Source: SAR86 cluster bacterium (GTDB taxonomy: Bacteria; Pseudomonadota; Gammaproteobacteria; Magnimaribacterales; AG-339-G14). From it: 64,000 bases of DNA. This document shows positions 58,772-64,000 of this stretch, piece by piece (the stretch's first letter is position 1; every line of letters starts with the position of its first letter). The stretch covers positions 61,608 through 125,607 of the forward strand of contig JAOIOC010000001.1 of assembly GCA_028140145.1 (NCBI GenBank). The letters run 5' to 3'. The translations under genes and the position numbers were made by a program. The notes beneath the pieces are model-generated. The model was not told where the DNA came from. It worked only from the letters and a program-made list of their open reading frames with translations, and searched no databases.

Positions 58772-59500
58772 TTACTCCATAGAGTTTTTGTAATTTTCCA
58801 GTAATTCAACACTCATGAGAGAGTGATAATTTTCTGAATTAATCTCGTATGATGTAATTTCTTTTCCAGAGAGAATCATTTCGTTGAAAACTGGGCAAAC
58901 ATAGTAATTACCATTTACTTCAGAACCTTTCAAAATCATTTTCTTTGCATTTTCTACGAAATCCTCTCCATGACTATAAAAATAAAAACCAGCAGTAGCG
59001 TTGTTACTAATTGGAATTTTTTCCGAAGTTTCCAAGATTTTATTGTTATTGGATATTTTCACATAAGAGAATCTTGGATGGATGGAATTAAATGTAATGG
59101 TCCCACCATCGCAATTTGAGTCTGAAAAATAATCAATAACTTTCTCGAGATCATGATCAATCAAATGATCTCCACTAGTTATTAAAAGTTGTTCTTTGTT
59201 GGATATATCTTCAATAGCCAAAAGAGCAGTGCACGCTGCTCCTGAAGTTTCATTTTTAACTTTTATAACTTTCGCATCAGGCACAAGAAGCTTGATTATA
59301 TTAGTGATATGAAATTTATTATCATCCTCCTCAAGAATCATGAAAATTATTTTATTTGCTCTAGAAAAAATTGGTTTTATGTTATTGATGACTTTGGAAA
59401 TGATCATTTCACCATTTATCTCTATCATGGGTTTTGGATATTTATACCCTTCCTCGTAAAAAGACTGGCTTGATCCAGCCAATAAAAAAACTATATTCAT
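58772..59500 (-). CDS. Paralog of the 57645-58394 nucleotidyltransferase-fold protein with a degenerate NTP-binding loop
   Basis: Alignable end to end with the neighbour (GYKYPKPMIEIN, SGAACTAL, NNATAGFYFY, GNYYVCPVFNE). The loop GRGSRF is replaced by GSSQSF. Confidence 0.6.
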   Translation of the reverse strand: MNIVFLLAGSSQSFYEEGYKYPKPMIEINGEMIISKVINNIKPIFSRANKIIFMILEEDDNKFHITNIIKLLVPDAKVIKVKNETSGAACTALLAIEDISNKEQLLITSGDHLIDHDLEKVIDYFSDSNCDGGTITFNSIHPRFSYVKISNNNKILETSEKIPISNNATAGFYFYSHGEDFVENAKKMILKGSEVNGNYYVCPVFNEMILSGKEITSYEINSENYHSLMSVELLENYKNSME

Positions 59501-60126
59501 GATTCTATTTTATTAATATGATTTTTAATGTTTTCGTAATTTACTTCTTCTATTTCTCTAATTTCCATTACATGAGCTTTTGAAGATTTTGCAGATTTAA
59601 TACCATTTATATTATCTTCAACTACTAGACAGTTCTCAGGTCTTAAATTAAGTAATTCAAATGATTTGATGTAAATCTCTGGATCTGGTTTAGGATTTTC
59701 TACATCATCTGTACTCAAAATGACATCCATAAAATCGAGGAGATTAGATTTTCTCAACATAATTTCTACAGACGTACCAATTGAATTCGATGCACATCCA
59801 AGCTTAAATCCATCCCTTCTTAAATTACTCAATGCATACTCATGATGAAAAACTGGTCGACATTTTGTGTTGATTATTTCAAGAGTATATTTTTGTTTCA
59901 ATTTGTTTATAAAAGAGTGAAGTTCTTTTGGAAGGCCTTGGTCTCTCGAAAGCATTTGAAGTTTTTTAGCAGTAGGTAACCCATCATAAGTTACTAAATG
60001 GTCGCTTCTCGATATTGTAAATCCAAATAAACCTAAAGCTTGATTCAAAGCTTCATAATGCCAATCTTTTGCCTCAACAAGAACGCCATCAAGATCAAAA
60101 ATGATAGCCTTAATTTCATTCATCAA
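59497..60126 (-). CDS. HAD-superfamily hydrolase (beta-phosphoglucomutase/phosphatase subfamily IA)
   Basis: IIFDLDGVLVEA (DxDG) and VVEDNINGIKSAKSS. Confidence 0.8.
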   Translation of the reverse strand: MMNEIKAIIFDLDGVLVEAKDWHYEALNQALGLFGFTISRSDHLVTYDGLPTAKKLQMLSRDQGLPKELHSFINKLKQKYTLEIINTKCRPVFHHEYALSNLRRDGFKLGCASNSIGTSVEIMLRKSNLLDFMDVILSTDDVENPKPDPEIYIKSFELLNLRPENCLVVEDNINGIKSAKSSKAHVMEIREIEEVNYENIKNHINKIES

Positions 60127-60769
60127 AATACTCTTTAAATTCTGAAGGGAAATCAGTACAAATCATAATATTTCTTTTTTCTGTATTTGATAGTTCCTTT
60201 AATGTCGAAGAGATTACTTCCCAGCAATATTTATGATCTCTGGCATGTAATTCTGAGGAAACTATACACACTTTTTTCCCTGATTTAATCTTCTCAATCA
60301 GAATTTGTTTATCAAACCAATTTTCTTTGAATTGATCTAACCATATCCCTTCAAAAGAACTTTGATCTATCAATATTTTTTCATATTCGCTCTCTCTCAA
60401 AAAAATATTAAGACCGTAGTTCATATAATTGAAGGAATCAGGGAATGACATATCAAAAACAAAATAATTATTAATTTCATAATCTATTAACAATTTTTTT
60501 AGTTCTTCATGAATTCCATCAGACTTTATGTTTAAAGCAATTGGATTAGCAAAACCTTTTTCTTTTTGAATAGCTTTATATTCTTTAAATAGAACATTTA
60601 ATGGTATTGAATCTTTATTTGGAATATCGTGAGAAATTACTATTTTTCCATCAAAATCTCTTACATCAGTCTCAATTCCGAAATTTAGATTCAGAGCGAG
60701 CAATAAAGATTCAAGAGAATTCTTATCTTCCTCCTTTTCCCACTTACCTCTATGAGCCAGAATATCCAA
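60116..60769 (-). CDS. Glycerophosphodiester phosphodiesterase-like (GDPD-fold) protein
   Basis: MDILAHRG and GIETDVR...VISHD. Confidence 0.6.
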   Translation of the reverse strand: MDILAHRGKWEKEEDKNSLESLLLALNLNFGIETDVRDFDGKIVISHDIPNKDSIPLNVLFKEYKAIQKEKGFANPIALNIKSDGIHEELKKLLIDYEINNYFVFDMSFPDSFNYMNYGLNIFLRESEYEKILIDQSSFEGIWLDQFKENWFDKQILIEKIKSGKKVCIVSSELHARDHKYCWEVISSTLKELSNTEKRNIMICTDFPSEFKEYFDE

Positions 60770-60772
60770 TGA

Positions 60773-61726
60773 TTATTTTTTTTTATCAACGATTTTATTT
60801 AAAGGTTCTTTGTTTTCTAAAATCCTTTTTGCATTTTCAGCTGATTTTTGTCTCATTTCAAAATAAGACTCCTTAGAATAATATGATGTATGGGGATTAA
60901 TGATCAATTTTCCTTTTATCCAATCTTCATTTTTCTTCCAAGCTTTAATTAATTCACAATTAATCGGAGGTTCCTCAGGAAGAACATCAAGACTGACCCC
61001 GAAAAGAAGATTTTGCTTTAGAGGCTCAATTAAAATATCTAAACTTTCTAAAATTTCACCCCTGGCAGCATTTATTAATACAGACCCAATTAACATTTGA
61101 TCCAAAAAATCTTTATTAACCATTCCTTTAGTTTCAGGAGTTAGAGGAGTGTTTATTGAGATAATATTTGATGTCTTTAGAATTTCATCAAGTGATAAAC
61201 TTCTATTAGTATCAAGCATTTTTTCATAACCTGGTTCTTTGTAAGGATCATAAAAAGTTGTTTTAAATCCGATAGCTTTCGCTTTTCTAATAATACTCCC
61301 TCCAATTCTGCCTGCTCCAATTACTCCTAGCGATAAAGAAGAAGTTCTTTGAAGAGAGTTAATAGTATTTTCCTGCCATTTTTTATTCTTAAAATTTCTT
61401 GAGTGTTGATCATAGAAATGGATTCCTCTAGTCAACATCATTATCATTCCAATTACAGTATCGCTTACCTCATCTGTTCCATAGTCAGGCGTGTTACAAA
61501 AATAGATATTTCTTTCTCTTACTGCCGCAAGATCTATTGCATCATAACCAACTCCGTATCTAACAACTCCTTTAAGATTTGGGAATTTTGATAAATATTC
61601 TTTGGTAATCTCTTGATGCCAGACTAGAAGAACTTCAGCTTCTTTTTTTTCTTTTGTTAAACGTCCAGATAGGACTTTGGATTCGATATCAGGTTTTTCT
61701 ACATAGTCAGTAATAAAAACGGGCAT
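60773..61726 (-). CDS. D-isomer-specific 2-hydroxyacid dehydrogenase
   Basis: GVIGAGRIGG, NAARGEILE, and SLDVLPEEP...NPHTSYYS. Confidence 0.85.
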   Translation of the reverse strand: MPVFITDYVEKPDIESKVLSGRLTKEKKEAEVLLVWHQEITKEYLSKFPNLKGVVRYGVGYDAIDLAAVRERNIYFCNTPDYGTDEVSDTVIGMIMMLTRGIHFYDQHSRNFKNKKWQENTINSLQRTSSLSLGVIGAGRIGGSIIRKAKAIGFKTTFYDPYKEPGYEKMLDTNRSLSLDEILKTSNIISINTPLTPETKGMVNKDFLDQMLIGSVLINAARGEILESLDILIEPLKQNLLFGVSLDVLPEEPPINCELIKAWKKNEDWIKGKLIINPHTSYYSKESYFEMRQKSAENAKRILENKEPLNKIVDKKK

Positions 61727-61730
61727 ATGA

Positions 61731-62489
61731 TCAACTTTTAATTATTTTCTCGTAACCTGATCTCAGGACTTCACAATCAACTAAATATAAAATGTATTTG
61801 AGACCCATTGATTTAAAAAGATCAATTTTTTCTTTTGATGTAGCAATTGTTCCAGGATATTTTCCAGCATCATTTATTTTTTTGGTAATCTCATCTAAAT
61901 AATTTAATACTTTTGGATTATCGACTTCACCTGGAATACCTAGAGCCTTAGATAAATCAAATAATCCAATAAAAACTAAATCAAGATGTTCTATTTCCAA
62001 AATCTTATCTATATTTTTTATAGCTTCTATTCCTTCGATATTAACTCCTATCAGAGTATTTAAATTCGCCTTATCAGTTAATTTAGTTGCGTTTGATAAT
62101 GAGTAATCTCCTGCTTTAGTAAACGGAGAAAAACCTCTGTTGCCAATTGGTGGATACTTTGAGAAATTAATTATATTTTTTATATCATCTGATGAATTAA
62201 TATTTGGTATTTGTATGCCATGCATGCCAATATCTAAAGCTTTTAAGATTTCAGTTTCATTAACGCCGCCAACTCTCATTATCGGAGAAACCGACCTAGA
62301 TTCACAAACCATCGCCATTTGTTGAGCAGTTTCAAAGTTAATTGGTCCATGCTCTGAATCAATTATTATAAAATCTAAACCGGCAGAGCATAAAATATCA
62401 GTCACTACTGGAGAAGGGATAATTGACCAAGTCCCAATCGTTACTTTTCCTTCTGACAACTTAGTTTTCAAAAAGTTTTGGTTCAACAT
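61731..62489 (-). CDS. HpcH/HpaI-family class II aldolase
   Basis: FIIIDSEHGP, PIMRVGGVNE...LDIGMHGIQIPN and GIEAIKNIDKI. Confidence 0.8.
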   Translation of the reverse strand: MLNQNFLKTKLSEGKVTIGTWSIIPSPVVTDILCSAGLDFIIIDSEHGPINFETAQQMAMVCESRSVSPIMRVGGVNETEILKALDIGMHGIQIPNINSSDDIKNIINFSKYPPIGNRGFSPFTKAGDYSLSNATKLTDKANLNTLIGVNIEGIEAIKNIDKILEIEHLDLVFIGLFDLSKALGIPGEVDNPKVLNYLDEITKKINDAGKYPGTIATSKEKIDLFKSMGLKYILYLVDCEVLRSGYEKIIKS

Positions 62490-62490
62490 A

Positions 62491-63228
62491 TTACCAAGGT
62501 ATTTTTTCTTCAGTGTACCCGTGAGTTTTTAGCCAATATTCAATAACAACATACTGCCATTCTGTATCGATATCAAAACCAAAATCTGTTTCTATTGCTT
62601 TAGATTTTTTTCCTTGCCACTTAAAAGGCAATTGACCATTTTCCATATCCTCAAAGCAAATTGGTTTCATTACTTGAATAGATAAATCACAAAAAAAACA
62701 CGCCCCTTGAGAGTCTCTTATAGATGATACATTCTCGAGATGATTTAAATCTACAAAAGGATTAATCTCACCGTTCTTTGAAACTTTTCTAGCTCTTGCG
62801 GGTGAGAACATGTCATATTTAGCAACAGAAAAACAAGAGTCAAATTCATTAGATGAATTTAAAAATTCAATCGCTTCATTTAATTTAATAACATCTATTG
62901 CCGGATTATTACAAAACAATAAAGATATAGTTTTTATATCTTCAACATCTATATTTTTTTTTATTTCTTCATATGCATGAAGCAAAGCATCCTCAGTGAG
63001 AGCATCAGGTGTAGCTAGATTGGCAGGTCTTCTTATGTGAATGGCATCATATTTATAGCCAATCTGAGCTATTTCGTCAGAGTCAGTTGAAACAAAAATC
63101 TTATCAATTTTTGAGCTTGATGCGCAGATGAATGCATATTCGGCTGCAGGTCTTCCAACAATATTTCTTAAATTTTTTCCAGGAACTCCTATGCTATTTT
63201 TCTTGCCAATTATTAGCGCTATATTCAT
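62491..63228 (-). CDS. Acylneuraminate-cytidylyltransferase-family (NeuA/CTP_transf_3-like) CMP-sugar synthetase
   Basis: Start taken at the internal Met (MNIALIIGKKNSIGVPGKNLRNIVGRP), which matches the family N-terminus. The longer ORF-track start would overlap the upstream gene by 56 nt. Confidence 0.7.
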   Translation of the reverse strand: MNIALIIGKKNSIGVPGKNLRNIVGRPAAEYAFICASSSKIDKIFVSTDSDEIAQIGYKYDAIHIRRPANLATPDALTEDALLHAYEEIKKNIDVEDIKTISLLFCNNPAIDVIKLNEAIEFLNSSNEFDSCFSVAKYDMFSPARARKVSKNGEINPFVDLNHLENVSSIRDSQGACFFCDLSIQVMKPICFEDMENGQLPFKWQGKKSKAIETDFGFDIDTEWQYVVIEYWLKTHGYTEEKIPW

Positions 63229-63244
63229 TTTTTGATTATATACT

Positions 63245-63925
63245 CTACGAATATTTATAAATAGGATAACTAGAATTGGTTCCATACCCCCAATTTGCAA
63301 AATAGCAATTTACTCTACTATCACAGACGAAATCTAAATTATCAGTATGGTCGTCAATAAATATTGCTTTATTCTTACCATATTTATCTAAGATGCTGCT
63401 TATCAGAGTTCCTTTATTTCCATATTCTTCAATATCATCTTTAGCAAATATCTTGCTTACTTTGATCTTATAAAAATCAAGTATGATTTTAGATGCATCA
63501 TAATTTTTGGCGGTTATAATAAAATGATTTTCAAGTTTTTTGTTCACTAAAGTCTTCCCAAAATCAGTTAATGGATTTAATTCCATCCATGCTTTGATAT
63601 CATTTTTTTGATATTCTTTTCTCAAACTGAAAAATTTCTTTTCAAATTTTAATTTATCTTCCTTGCTTATTTTATTATTTAAAAATTTAAATTCGTCTCG
63701 AAAACTTACTTTTTGATTTATTTTTTTTCTAAAGTTGTCTATTGATTGCATTAAAACAAGATATTCTTTTGCTGGATTTACTAATCCTCTATATTCAAAA
63801 AATAAATTTTTGGTTTCTTCATATTTTTTGAAATTTTTTTTACCGTAAAATGCTTGAAGAGAAATTGAGAAACATTCATGTATGGAATCAATTATGACTC
63901 CATCAAGGTCTATAAACTTAATCAT
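63245..63925 (-). CDS. HAD-like hydrolase
   Basis: MIKFIDLDGVIIDS (DxDG) and a C-terminal FIDDHTDN. Confidence 0.6.
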   Translation of the reverse strand: MIKFIDLDGVIIDSIHECFSISLQAFYGKKNFKKYEETKNLFFEYRGLVNPAKEYLVLMQSIDNFRKKINQKVSFRDEFKFLNNKISKEDKLKFEKKFFSLRKEYQKNDIKAWMELNPLTDFGKTLVNKKLENHFIITAKNYDASKIILDFYKIKVSKIFAKDDIEEYGNKGTLISSILDKYGKNKAIFIDDHTDNLDFVCDSRVNCYFANWGYGTNSSYPIYKYS

Positions 63926-64000
63926 GATTTCTTGGTGATTTGTTCTGCTAAATCTAAAACTCTGTTGCTATATGCCCATTCATTGTCATACCATAAAACA
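63922..64000 (-). CDS. gap: Glyceraldehyde-3-phosphate dehydrogenase, C-terminal 25 codons (partial, runs off the window end)
   Basis: The reverse strand reads VLWYDNEWAYSNRVLDLAEQITKKS-stop. WYDNEWGYSNRV is the conserved GAPDH C-terminus. The TGA stop overlaps the next ATG (ATGA). Confidence 0.85.
   Translation of the reverse strand, partial: VLWYDNEWAYSNRVLDLAEQITKKS

Noticed and set aside
63229-63300. N-terminal 24-aa extension of the NeuA-like ORF (MQIGGMEPILVILFINIRRVYNQK)
   Set aside because: The extension overlaps the upstream HAD-like gene by 56 nt and has no counterpart in the family. The internal Met gives the canonical N-terminus.
1-64000. CRISPR arrays, rRNA genes, insertion sequences, toxin-antitoxin pairs or known defence-system genes
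   Set aside because: I found no spaced direct-repeat array, no rRNA-like sequence, and no ORF with transposase, integrase, nuclease-ATPase or toxin-antitoxin hallmarks on reading the sequence and the six-frame track.

Overview
AT-rich bacterial chromosome segment (roughly 30% GC by eye, not computed). The gene order thrS-infC-rpmI-rplT-pheS-pheT-ihfA-MerR-like, together with djlA, points to a Gammaproteobacterium with a compact genome. A streamlined marine lineage such as SAR86 is only a guess. I saw no rRNA, CRISPR array, transposase, integrase or phage genes. Positions 1-21.3 kb hold mixed-strand housekeeping and lipid-metabolism genes: a WecA-like phosphotransferase, PAP2 phosphatase, acyl-CoA dehydrogenase, thioesterase, photolyase, tRNA-Pro(GGG), the thrS-ihfA translation operon, pdxH, djlA and a DUF35/SCP-x thiolase pair. 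This part also contains an orphan operon encoding a Gly/Ser-rich lipoprotein and a 1045-aa secreted protein. From 21.3 kb to the window end every gene is on the minus strand, with no gap above 56 nt. About 41 kb of that run (22.4-63.9 kb) is a cell-surface glycan (LPS/LOS or capsule-type) locus. The most unusual parts are as follows. (1) A nine-gene cassette (37.5-46.5 kb) links a CDP-hexose pathway to a GtrA / polyprenyl-phosphate GT2 / GT-C periplasmic transfer system; it includes a fused RfbH-like 3-dehydratase::C-methyltransferase. (2) A nine-gene block at 57.6-63.9 kb combines a NeuA-like cytidylyltransferase with an HpcH-type aldolase, a 2-hydroxyacid dehydrogenase, two HAD proteins, a GDPD-like protein, and two paralogous nucleotidyltransferase-fold proteins flanking a cupin. 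(3) Several domain fusions or insertions occur: a cytidylyltransferase::PMI-cupin fusion, an MDR-ADH::Gfo/Idh/MocA fusion, and a WecA-like protein with a large loop insert. (4) A PheT lacks the B2 OB-fold domain, and infC uses an ATA start. All functional calls rest on motif recognition by eye and need profile or structure searches to confirm.
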